Source of the DNA: Fidelibacterota bacterium
GTDB lineage: Bacteria; Fidelibacterota; Fidelibacteria; Fidelibacterales; DSDE01
Direction: 5' to 3'
Length of the DNA stretch: 10,823 nt
Assembly: GCA_046735395.1 (NCBI GenBank)
Contig: JBJKQR010000038.1
Location: forward strand, 1-10,823
Numbering within the stretch: the first letter of the stretch is position 1; each line of letters starts with the position of its first letter. Positions 1-8,190 of the stretch are shown one piece after another. The notes under the pieces are model-generated. The model ran no database searches and was not told where the DNA came from. It saw nothing but the letters and a program-made list of their open reading frames with translations. Made by a program: the position numbers and the translations under genes.

Positions 1-2
1 TG

Positions 3-1568
3 TTCGACAAAGGCTGGGATCCGCCCCGGGATATGATACCCGATAGCCTGGTTTCAGCCACTGGCCTCATGTCCTACGGAACTGCGCTCCGTAATATCCA
101 TCTTCCCGATTCCATGGACAGGCTGGAAGCTGCGCGCTATCGTCTGAAATTTCAGGAATTCCTTTTATTCCAATTGCTGCTGGCCATCCGGCGCAAATGG
201 ATCAGCCGCCGGCAGAACAGCTGTCGCGTGCCCGGTGCGGGGAACCTGATCTTCGAAATGGTGGAACGGCTGCCCTTTGAATTGACGGATGCCCAGAAAA
301 AGGTCATGCATGAGATTTACGCCGACCTGAAATCCGAAACAGTCATGAACCGGCTGCTGCAGGGGGATGTGGGAAGCGGAAAGACCATTGTGGCCGCACT
401 GACGGCTTCCATTCTGGCGGCGCATGGGTTTCAGACCGCTATCATGGCGCCCACGGAAATTCTGGCGGAACAGCATTTTGCCAGCTTTCAGGAGTTATTC
501 CGGCCTCTGCGCGTCCACTCCCAGCTGCTCATCGGCAAACAGAGCAAGAAGCAGAAGGATCAGATTCAGCAGATGCTGAAAAGCGGTGATATTCAGATTA
601 TCATCGGCACCCATGCTCTGCTGCAGGAAGGCGTGGCCTTCAAGTCCCTCGGCCTCATCGTGATAGACGAACAGCACCGCTTCGGTGTCGATCAGCGGGG
701 TATACTCATGGCAAAAGGCCTGAATCCCCATGTTCTGGCCATGACTGCCACTCCCATACCCCGGACGCTGTCCATGTCTCTCTACGGTGATATGGATGTG
801 TCGGTCATCGATTCCCTCCCGGAAGGCCGGAAGAAGATCGTCAGCCGCATGGTGACACCGGCGAAATTGCCGGATGTGTACGGATTTCTCAGAAAGGAAA
901 TGCAGGCGGGCCGTCAGTGTTACATTGTCTATCCCCTTATTTCGGAATCGTCAAAAAGTGATCTGAAAGCGGCAGAGGAAGGCTACGCTGAACTTTCCGC
1001 GAAGGTATTTCCCAACTACAGCCTGGCGCTGCTCCACAGCCGCACGCCCAAAAAGGATAAGGACGAAATCGTGGCCGGCTTCAAATCCGGCAAGATCAGC
1101 TGCCTGGTCAGCACGACTGTCATCGAAGTGGGTGTGAATGTCCCCAATGCGACGGTCATGCTCATCGAAAATGCCGAACGCTTCGGACTGACACAGCTTC
1201 ATCAGCTGCGGGGCAGGGTGGGGCGCGGCTCGGAAAAAAGCTATTGTATTTTTGTGGCCCGACAAAATTCGGAACAAGGACTGCAGCGATTGCGTATACT
1301 GGAAAAAACAGGGGATGGATTCAAAATTTCCGAAGAAGATCTGAAACTGCGGGGGCCGGGTGATTATTTTTCCACCCGACAGCATGGTGATGCGGAATTT
1401 GTGCTGGCGGATGTGGTGCTGGACGGCCATATTCTGAGCCGGGCACGGAAGGCGGCGTTTCAGATGATTCATGGCGATCCTCAGCTGCTCCTTCCGGAAA
1501 ATCAGTTACTGAAACGGTATCTCTTATCTCATTTTCAGGAAAAGCTCCACTATGCCGGAATCAGCTGA
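3..1568 (+). CDS. recG: ATP-dependent DNA helicase RecG, 5'-partial (N-terminal wedge domain lies upstream of the window)
   Basis: The frame is open from position 3 (FDKGWDPPRD-MIP...), so ATG 33 is internal. SF2 helicase motifs: LPFELTDAQ, RLLQGDVGSGKT (Walker A), MAPTEILAEQH, VIDEQHRFGVDQR (DExH), MTATPIPRTL, TTVIEVGVNVPNA, AERFGLTQLHQLRGRVGRG, and the TRG motif DGFKISEEDLKLRGPG..RQHG. Confidence 0.97.
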   Translation, partial: FDKGWDPPRDMIPDSLVSATGLMSYGTALRNIHLPDSMDRLEAARYRLKFQEFLLFQLLLAIRRKWISRRQNSCRVPGAGNLIFEMVERLPFELTDAQKKVMHEIYADLKSETVMNRLLQGDVGSGKTIVAALTASILAAHGFQTAIMAPTEILAEQHFASFQELFRPLRVHSQLLIGKQSKKQKDQIQQMLKSGDIQIIIGTHALLQEGVAFKSLGLIVIDEQHRFGVDQRGILMAKGLNPHVLAMTATPIPRTLSMSLYGDMDVSVIDSLPEGRKKIVSRMVTPAKLPDVYGFLRKEMQAGRQCYIVYPLISESSKSDLKAAEEGYAELSAKVFPNYSLALLHSRTPKKDKDEIVAGFKSGKISCLVSTTVIEVGVNVPNATVMLIENAERFGLTQLHQLRGRVGRGSEKSYCIFVARQNSEQGLQRLRILEKTGDGFKISEEDLKLRGPGDYFSTRQHGDAEFVLADVVLDGHILSRARKAAFQMIHGDPQLLLPENQLLKRYLLSHFQEKLHYAGIS

Positions 1569-1590
1569 AGTAAAATCGCCTAAATTCTCA

Positions 1591-1668
1591 CTGGAATGAA
1601 TCTTAATCATTTATATTTGAAAAAATAGGAAGTAAATTCCCGGTCTGAAAATGGAAAAGCAGGAAGGA
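1591..1668 (+). promoter_or_regulatory. Putative promoter and Shine-Dalgarno site upstream of the DUF2723 gene
   Basis: AT-rich 105-bp intergenic gap. TATATTTG at 1612-1619 fits both a TATATT -10 hexamer and the Bacteroidetes-type TAnnTTTG element. SD-like AGGAAGGA at 1661-1668 lies 5 nt before ATG 1674. No convincing -35/-33 element. Confidence 0.35.
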
Positions 1669-1673
1669 TAGGT

Positions 1674-4307
1674 ATGACGACTCAACGAACAAAACTCCTT
1701 ATGGGATGGCTGGCATTTATCTGGGCTTTCATTGTCTATATGCTGACTATTGCACCGACCGTATCATTCTGGGATTGTGGTGAATTCATTGCCACGTCCT
1801 ACACGATGGCTGTGCCCCATCCTCCGGGATCACCGCTCTATCTTATCCTCGGACGCATTTTTTCCATGCTTCCCACCAGCAGTGATATTGCCCACCGGGT
1901 GAACCTGATGAGTCCCATTGTCTCCGCTGCGTCCATCGCGCTTCTGTTCTATATCATTATTCTTCTGGTTGAAGAATTCCGGGGCAAGGTGGAAAGCTGG
2001 ACGGACGCGTGGATCGTCTACGGCGGCGCATTTCTGGGCGCCATGACCTTTGCCTTTACGGACAGCCACTGGTTTAATTCCGTGGAGGCAGAAGTCTATG
2101 CCATGAGCACGTTCTTCACCGCCCTGGTGGTCTGGCTCATCCTGCGCTGGAATGAAGATGTGTCGAAGGACAAACATGCGGAACGGCACCTGCTTTTCAT
2201 TGCCTACCTGATGGGACTGGCCATGGGAGTCCATCTTCTCAATCTGCTGGCCCTGCCCTTCATTGCTCTCATCATCTTTTTCCGTTACAAAAAATTTGAA
2301 GTTATGCCCTTTCTGGGTGTGACCTCTCTGACAGCGCTGGTTTTCGGCATTATCTACTGGGGCGTGATCAAGGGAACACCCCGTCTCGCCTCCGAGATCA
2401 ATATCAATCCGGCGGCCGTTTCCATTCCGCTTGCTTTGCTGACCATCCTGGTTGTCATGCTGGTTGTGTACTGGATCCTCAGTGAAGTCTTCAAAGGCTC
2501 TCCCAATGTGGTGAAGGGCATTCAGATCACCCTCATCGGTCTGGTGCTGATCACCATCGGTTACAGCAGCTACGAAACCATTTTCATCCGCTCGCTGAAA
2601 GATCCAAATATTGATGAAAATGATCCGGAGACGGTTCATCAGGCTGTCGCCTACCTGGACCGGGAACAGTATGGACAGTACAGCTTCAGCCGCAGCGAAC
2701 GTCTGAAGGAGTCTCCCAACGGACGCCTGTATTCATCTCCCATGGATTTCTTCTGGCGCTATCAGGTCAAGAAAATGTATATCCGCTATTTCAACTGGCA
2801 GTTTATCGGCCGGAATGATGTCAGCACGGATTTCAGCCAGTTGTACGGCATACCCTGGATTATCGGATGGATCGGAATGTTTTTCCATTTCTACCGGGAT
2901 AAAAACAGGGCTTTTTCGGTGCTGGCTCTGTTTGTTATGACCGGCTTGGCCATTATTCTGTATCTCAACCAGCCGGATCCACAGCCGAGAGAGAGGGACT
3001 ATTCCTATGTGGGGAGCTTTCTGGCCTTTTCCATCTGGATCGGGATCGGAGCTGTAGCCATACTCGATTTTCTGACTGAACGCCTGAAATCTGAAAAGCT
3101 GCGCCGGAATACGGTCGCGGGCCTGGCCGTCGTGCTCCTTTTCCTCATGCCTGTTCATGTTCTGAAGGCCAATTATCATGAACATAACCGCTGGGGAAAT
3201 TACGTGGCCTCGGATTATGCCTATAATCTGCTCAATTCCTGCGAACCCAATGCCATTCTCTTCACCAATGGCGATAACGATACCTTCCCCTTATGGTATC
3301 TGCAGGAAGTGGAGAAAGTCCGTACAGATGTGCGGGTTGTCAATCTCAGCCTGCTCAATACACCGTGGTATATCAAGCAATTGAAATATATTGAACCGCG
3401 CATCAATATTCCCATACCGGATGCGGATATTGACCGGCTGACGCTCATTCCCTGGGAGGAACGGGAAGTCAAGGTCAAGGTTCCGGAGAATCTGAATCCA
3501 CAGGGAGAGATCCGCTGGAAGATGAAACCCACCTATGCCAATATGGGCATCCGGGTGCAGGATCTCATGATCTGGTATATTCTGAGTGCTGCACAGTGGG
3601 AGCGCCCCGTATATCTGGCTGTCACCGTTTCCGATGATAACAAGATCGGCCTGGATGACTATCTTTCCATGGAAGGGCTGGTCCACAAGGTCAATCCCCG
3701 GAAAGTCAAATATATTGATGAAAATGCCATTTACAACAACGTGATGAATGTCTATCATTTCCGGAACCTGGACAACCCGAAAGTCTTTTTCGAGCCGAAT
3801 ACGAAGCGGCTGATGCAGAACTACCGCACCGGATTCATGCAGGCTGCGCTTGAATTCATTCAGGACAAGGATAATGACAAGGCGAAAACGCTTCTGGACG
3901 CCATGGATGAGAAGATCCCCGAAACGGTGATTCCCATGACGCATAAGGAACTCAGTCTTCAGCTGGGCCGCCTCTATCTTGAGCTGGGGGACACCACTTC
4001 CTTCAGAAACCGTCTCGATCGCTTTCAGCAGCGGCCGGACCTGAGGCCCTCGGATTATTATCTGCTGGCTCAGGTGTATTTCTTTGACCTCAGTGATTAC
4101 AACAAGGCTGAAGAATCCGTACTCTATGCTGCACAGGGCCAGCCCAATGATGCGAAATTCGTATCTCTGCTCTATCAGATCTATGATAAATCCGGGCAAT
4201 ATGACAAGGCGCTGAAACTTCTGGATGACTGGAATCAGGGATCTGCAGATGATTCGCAGATTCGCTCTCTCAAACAGAATATCCTCAGCAAGATGAAGAA
4301 AAAATAA
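1674..4307 (+). CDS. DUF2723 / TMEM260-like (GT117, GT-C fold) multi-pass membrane glycosyltransferase with C-terminal extracytoplasmic and TPR-like region
   Basis: 877 aa. N-terminal family motifs APTVSFWDCGEFI, VPHPPGSPLY, FWFNSVEAEVY-like HWFNSVEAEVYAMS, GVHLLNLL, then QPRERDYSYVGS and LFTNGDNDTFPLWYLQEVE. About a dozen hydrophobic segments in the first ~500 aa. Helical-repeat-like tail (LQLGRLYLELGD, YYLLAQVYF..DYNKAEE, LYQIYDKSGQYDKALKLL). Confidence 0.88.
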   Translation: MTTQRTKLLMGWLAFIWAFIVYMLTIAPTVSFWDCGEFIATSYTMAVPHPPGSPLYLILGRIFSMLPTSSDIAHRVNLMSPIVSAASIALLFYIIILLVEEFRGKVESWTDAWIVYGGAFLGAMTFAFTDSHWFNSVEAEVYAMSTFFTALVVWLILRWNEDVSKDKHAERHLLFIAYLMGLAMGVHLLNLLALPFIALIIFFRYKKFEVMPFLGVTSLTALVFGIIYWGVIKGTPRLASEININPAAVSIPLALLTILVVMLVVYWILSEVFKGSPNVVKGIQITLIGLVLITIGYSSYETIFIRSLKDPNIDENDPETVHQAVAYLDREQYGQYSFSRSERLKESPNGRLYSSPMDFFWRYQVKKMYIRYFNWQFIGRNDVSTDFSQLYGIPWIIGWIGMFFHFYRDKNRAFSVLALFVMTGLAIILYLNQPDPQPRERDYSYVGSFLAFSIWIGIGAVAILDFLTERLKSEKLRRNTVAGLAVVLLFLMPVHVLKANYHEHNRWGNYVASDYAYNLLNSCEPNAILFTNGDNDTFPLWYLQEVEKVRTDVRVVNLSLLNTPWYIKQLKYIEPRINIPIPDADIDRLTLIPWEEREVKVKVPENLNPQGEIRWKMKPTYANMGIRVQDLMIWYILSAAQWERPVYLAVTVSDDNKIGLDDYLSMEGLVHKVNPRKVKYIDENAIYNNVMNVYHFRNLDNPKVFFEPNTKRLMQNYRTGFMQAALEFIQDKDNDKAKTLLDAMDEKIPETVIPMTHKELSLQLGRLYLELGDTTSFRNRLDRFQQRPDLRPSDYYLLAQVYFFDLSDYNKAEESVLYAAQGQPNDAKFVSLLYQIYDKSGQYDKALKLLDDWNQGSADDSQIRSLKQNILSKMKKK

Positions 4308-4324
4308 GAACCGTACTCCGTTTT

Positions 4325-5350
4325 ATGTCTCGAGTAACGGTCATCATACCCCATTATAACGGACGTGAAATCCTCCGGACTTGTCTCCAGTCTCTGGCGG
4401 CCACGGAGTTTGAGGATTTTGAAGTTCTCCTGGTGGACAACCACTCCACGGATGACAGTATGGACATGGTTCATCAGGACTTTCCCCGGGTACGCATCCT
4501 GGCGCTGGAGGAAAACCGGGGTTTTGCCGGAGGGTGCAACGCCGGTATAGACGCCAGCGACAGTGAATATATCTGTATTCTGAATAATGATACCATACAC
4601 GATCCGAACTGGCTGACCCTTCTCGTCGAATATTTGGATTCACACGAGAATGTAGCTTCGGTGATGCCGAAAATACTTTCCTATCATCAGAGAGACACCT
4701 TCGATTACAGCGGGGGAAGCGGTGGATTCCTGGATAAGTACGGCTATCCCTTTGTCCGCGGACGCCTTTTCGAGGAACTCGAAAAGGATCAGGGGCAGTA
4801 TGATGCTGCTGTCCCCGTTTTCTGGTGCAGCGGTACCGCCTTCCTGATCCGCAGAGCCGTATTGGATATCACCGGCTTCTTTGATGAACGCTTTTTTGCG
4901 CATATGGAGGAGATTGACCTGCATTGGCGGCTCCACCTCGCCGGCTACGAGGCTGCCGTTGAGCCTGCGGCCCGTATCTTTCACATGTCGGGATGGACGC
5001 TTCCGCCGGACCGCTACCTGAAAAAGTATCTGAATCACCGGAACAATCTCATCATGCTTTTTGCCAATTATACGCGGGCGTCCCTGCTGAAACGGATGCC
5101 GCTTCGGGTCCTTCTCGAATATATTTCTGCTGCCTATGCATTGCTGAAAGGCGATTTTAAACGCTTTGCCGCCGTATTTGCGGCTCAGGCCTGGTGTATT
5201 GCACATCCCGCATATCTGCTGGCGAAGCGTCGGCGTCACCAGCGAATTCCGGTTGCAGGCCGGAAAACAGCGCTGCCCCTCTACCCACGTCTGCTCGTCT
5301 ACTGGCATTATATCCGGGGAATCCGGATTTTTTCTGACCTTCCCGGATAA
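4325..5350 (+). CDS. Glycosyltransferase family 2 (GT-A fold; WbbL/rhamnosyltransferase-like subgroup)
   Basis: VTVIIPHYNG, VLLVDNHSTDDS, ENRGFAGGCNAG, ILNNDT (DxD-equivalent), GFFDERFFAHMEEIDLHWR, RNN. Starts 17 nt after the DUF2723 stop codon. Confidence 0.93.
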   Translation: MSRVTVIIPHYNGREILRTCLQSLAATEFEDFEVLLVDNHSTDDSMDMVHQDFPRVRILALEENRGFAGGCNAGIDASDSEYICILNNDTIHDPNWLTLLVEYLDSHENVASVMPKILSYHQRDTFDYSGGSGGFLDKYGYPFVRGRLFEELEKDQGQYDAAVPVFWCSGTAFLIRRAVLDITGFFDERFFAHMEEIDLHWRLHLAGYEAAVEPAARIFHMSGWTLPPDRYLKKYLNHRNNLIMLFANYTRASLLKRMPLRVLLEYISAAYALLKGDFKRFAAVFAAQAWCIAHPAYLLAKRRRHQRIPVAGRKTALPLYPRLLVYWHYIRGIRIFSDLPG

Positions 5351-5366
5351 TATTTTTCGTTAAGCC

Positions 5367-5418
5367 TGGCAATTACCCGGCGAAATTCCTATACTATTTT
5401 CGACTTCGGTTCTGGAGA
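5367..5418 (+). promoter_or_regulatory. Putative sigma70 promoter and RBS for dprA-ispG
   Basis: TGGCAA (5367-5372), 17-bp spacer, TATACT (5390-5395). GGAGA at 5414-5418 lies 4 nt before ATG 5423. Confidence 0.45.
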
Positions 5419-5422
5419 TAAA

Positions 5423-6529
5423 ATGAAAGACAGGGCATTTGTCCTGACTCTGTGCTGTGTCGCGACGTTGGGGCCAAAAAGCATTTTCCGTCTGCTGGAT
5501 ACATTTGTCAGCCTGAAGGACCTGCAGGCGGCGGATGGAGAAAGGCTGAAACTCTGCTGTAATCTGAATCAGGTTCAGGTCGCGGCCCTGAAGGCGGATA
5601 CCCTGAATTCCAGAACTGATACAGTCAGAAAATACCTGGAAAAGGAAGGCCTTCGTTTTATTAGCTTCTGGGATGCGGAGTATCCGGACATTCTCCGACA
5701 GATTCCGGAACCGCCGGCAGGCCTTTTCATTCGGGGTCGGACAGAGGCTCTGCAGAATTTTGCGCTCGCTGTGGTGGGCACCCGGAACTGCGACCAATAC
5801 GGCATTGAGATTACGGAACAGCTGTGCCGGGATGCTGCCATGCTCGGTACCACCATCATCTCCGGACTGGCCCGGGGTATCGATACCATCGGCCACCTGA
5901 CAGCTGTGAGAGCCGGAACTCCCACCCTGGCTGTACTGGGGACGACGCCGGATAGTGTCTATCCTGCAGAAAACCGCGCTCTGGCCCGGAAGATCGTGGA
6001 TGACGGGGGTGCCATCATTTCCGAACTTGCACCGGGCAGCGCTACGGTTCCTGCGCATTTTATACGACGCAATCGTATTATATCCGGATTAAGCCGCGGT
6101 GTGGTGGTCACCCAGGCTCCTCTGGGAAGCGGAGCCATACAGACGGCCTATTTTGCCGTGGAGCAGAATAGGGATGTCTTTGCCGTTCCGGGCCCGGTGA
6201 ACTCTCCGCGTCAGGCCGGATGCCACAAACTGATTCGTGAGGGAGCAAAGCTGACCGAATCCATTGAGGATATCATACAGGAGTACAGCTATCTGAGTGA
6301 AAAGCGGGATCCACAGTTGAGCTGGCTATCCGGGATCGACCGGAGCGCAGCGCTCAGCGAAGATGAACGCAAGGTCCTCGACTGCATGCAGAATACGCTT
6401 ATGTACATTGATGAGCTCAAACATTCCTGTGGTTTAAACATTCCTAAAATATTAAGTTCACTCCTGAATCTGGAACTGAAAGGCTATGTGCGTCAGTATC
6501 CGGGAAAATACTTTAAAAGGACAGTCTGA
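5423..6529 (+). CDS. dprA: DNA-processing protein DprA (Smf)
   Basis: YPDILRQIPEPPAGLFIRG, AVVGTR, IISGLARGIDTIGH, YPAEN, GAIISE, HFIRRNRIISGLS, SGAIQTA, RDVFAVPG, GCHKLIREGAKL, and a C-terminal winged helix ending LLNLELKGYVRQYPG. SD GGAG upstream. Confidence 0.97.
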   Translation: MKDRAFVLTLCCVATLGPKSIFRLLDTFVSLKDLQAADGERLKLCCNLNQVQVAALKADTLNSRTDTVRKYLEKEGLRFISFWDAEYPDILRQIPEPPAGLFIRGRTEALQNFALAVVGTRNCDQYGIEITEQLCRDAAMLGTTIISGLARGIDTIGHLTAVRAGTPTLAVLGTTPDSVYPAENRALARKIVDDGGAIISELAPGSATVPAHFIRRNRIISGLSRGVVVTQAPLGSGAIQTAYFAVEQNRDVFAVPGPVNSPRQAGCHKLIREGAKLTESIEDIIQEYSYLSEKRDPQLSWLSGIDRSAALSEDERKVLDCMQNTLMYIDELKHSCGLNIPKILSSLLNLELKGYVRQYPGKYFKRTV

Positions 6530-7600
6530 ATGAATACAAATATTGAGAGACGAATAACACGAACGGTCAAGGTGGGGGGTGTACCCATCGGGAGCGGCCA
6601 TCCCATACCGGTTCAGAGCATGACCACGACCCATACGGAAGATGCGGATGCCACCATCCGGCAGATAGTGGAGCTGGAGGAGGCCGGCTGTCAGATCGTA
6701 CGGGTGACGGTTCCCAGTATGAAAGCTGCCGGGAACCTGGCGGCCATCAAAAAGGCCATGTCCGTCCCGCTGGTTGCCGATATCCATTTTGACTATCGGA
6801 TGGCGCTGATGGCCGTGGAAGCAGGTGTGGACAAGATCCGTATCAATCCGGGAAATATCGGGAGCGAAGAACGGATTGCTGCCGTGCTGGATGCCTGCCG
6901 TCAGGCCGGGATTCCCATCCGTATCGGCGTCAATGCCGGTTCACTGGAAAAACATATTCTTGATAAATACGGTTTTCCGACCGCTCAGGGAATGGTGGAG
7001 AGTGCCCGCCACCATATCGAAATCTGTGAAAAGTACGGGTTTGAGGATATTATTGTTGCCCTGAAAAGCAGCAATGTACCCATGATGCTGGACGCGTACC
7101 GCCAGTTTGCCCGGGAATTTGACTACCCGCTGCATCTGGGTGTCACGGAAGCCGGTCCCCGTTTCTCCGGCACGATCAAATCCGCCATCGGCATCGGAAC
7201 TTTGTTATCCGAAGGAATCGGCGATACACTGCGCGTTTCCCTGACGGACGAACCGGTTCAGGAAGTCCGGGCCGGTTTCGAGATATTGAAAAGCCTGGAT
7301 CTGGTGAGCCGGGGTGTGACGCTGGTGAGTTGCCCGACCTGCGGGCGTCTGCAGGTGGATCTCTTTAAAATCGTGGAAAAACTGGAACCGGTTCTGGAAA
7401 AGGTCACCCGTCCGCTGAAAATTGCGGTGATGGGCTGTGCCGTCAACGGGCCGGGAGAAGCCAGTGAATCGGATATCGGGCTTGCCTGCGGCAGGGATGG
7501 CGCCCTGTTCTATGTGAAGGGACAGAAAGCGGATAAGGTCGCTGAAGATCAGATCGTTCCTACCATGCTGAGACTTATAGAGAATTTTGATACATACTGA
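6530..7600 (+). CDS. ispG: (E)-4-hydroxy-3-methylbut-2-enyl-diphosphate synthase IspG/GcpE, short two-domain form
   Basis: IPVQSMTTT, PLVADIHFDY, KIRINPGNIG, IRIGVNAGSLE, YPLHLGVTEAG, GIGDTLRVSLT, and the 4Fe-4S ligand motifs SCPTCGR and MGCAVNGPGEA. ATG directly follows the dprA TGA. Confidence 0.98.
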   Translation: MNTNIERRITRTVKVGGVPIGSGHPIPVQSMTTTHTEDADATIRQIVELEEAGCQIVRVTVPSMKAAGNLAAIKKAMSVPLVADIHFDYRMALMAVEAGVDKIRINPGNIGSEERIAAVLDACRQAGIPIRIGVNAGSLEKHILDKYGFPTAQGMVESARHHIEICEKYGFEDIIVALKSSNVPMMLDAYRQFAREFDYPLHLGVTEAGPRFSGTIKSAIGIGTLLSEGIGDTLRVSLTDEPVQEVRAGFEILKSLDLVSRGVTLVSCPTCGRLQVDLFKIVEKLEPVLEKVTRPLKIAVMGCAVNGPGEASESDIGLACGRDGALFYVKGQKADKVAEDQIVPTMLRLIENFDTY

Positions 7601-7605
7601 AAATT

Positions 7606-8190
7606 TCAGATCGGATAAATAGACGAGTGAGGTGATGCCTGAAAGGCGGGGATTTTCCGGCTCATTTTCAGGACCGTCCAGGTTTCACCCGCCACCGGCC
7701 GTGCTTCCCGGCTGCCGGGGATTTCCCGGAAACCGCAGCGGGCGTAACAGGCCTGAGCTGCTGAATTAAAGCTGAAGACTGCCAGTCGGAGTTCCTGAAG
7801 CAGCCCATCCCGGACGCAGGAATGAATCAGGGACTGCATCAGGGAGACGGACAGTCCCTGGCCACGGAAATTGCGGTAGATCATCACGCTTCCCACATTA
7901 CCCAATCCGGCGTCCCGGTCGAGAATGCTCAGCTGTATGTGTCCGATGATCTGGCCTGTCTCCGGAAGCTCTGCACTGTACAGGCGGTGGATTGTCAGTC
8001 CACGGCAATCCTTTTGGTTCATCAAGGCAGCCATCTGTTGATAATCCAGTGGAAAGTCATACTTGCGGCCCGCCCACTGCATAAGGTCTTGGGGCGTGGC
8101 AATCTGACCGGCTAATTCGGGGAAATGGGCTTCAGTAAAGGGACACAGATCCACCCGGGGTCTATCGGAAAGCGGAAACCGCCCCGTCAT
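7606..8190 (-). CDS. GNAT-family N-acetyltransferase
   Basis: Acetyl-CoA-binding motif A (VMIYRNFRGQGLSVSLM) and motif B (LRLAVFSFNSAAQACYARCGF); N-terminal QWAG..YDFPL. ATG directly abuts the TAG of the upstream TPR gene. Confidence 0.9.
   Translation of the reverse strand: MTGRFPLSDRPRVDLCPFTEAHFPELAGQIATPQDLMQWAGRKYDFPLDYQQMAALMNQKDCRGLTIHRLYSAELPETGQIIGHIQLSILDRDAGLGNVGSVMIYRNFRGQGLSVSLMQSLIHSCVRDGLLQELRLAVFSFNSAAQACYARCGFREIPGSREARPVAGETWTVLKMSRKIPAFQASPHSSIYPI

Noticed and set aside
33..1568. ATG 33 as the recG start, or a truncated recG pseudogene
   Set aside because: The frame is open to the window edge, so the missing N-terminal part is a window artefact.
1628..1640. Small inverted repeat GGAA-GTAAA-TTCC between recG and DUF2723
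   Set aside because: A 4-bp stem with no U-tract is too weak to call a terminator or operator.
1830..4199. Long antisense ORFs (1830-2639, 2733-3185, 3291-4199) opposite the DUF2723 gene
   Set aside because: These are shadow ORFs in codon register with a well-supported gene and have no recognisable motifs.
4325..5350. GT2 as a Dpm1/Ppm1-type polyprenol-phosphate-mannose synthase
   Set aside because: Its motifs (LNND, EEIDL.WR, RN) fit the WbbL/rhamnosyltransferase-like subgroup. Donor specificity cannot be assigned from sequence.
5366..5381. Sigma54-like site CTGGCA-ATTACCCG-GC (GG-N10-GC) upstream of dprA
   Set aside because: The -12 element is CGGC rather than TTGC, and a sigma70 -35/-10 pair with 17-bp spacing explains the region better.
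4235..6787. Antisense or alternative-frame ORFs over GT2, dprA and ispG (e.g. 4640-5308, 5360-6058, 6458-6787)
   Set aside because: They overlap confidently identified genes and show no protein-like features.
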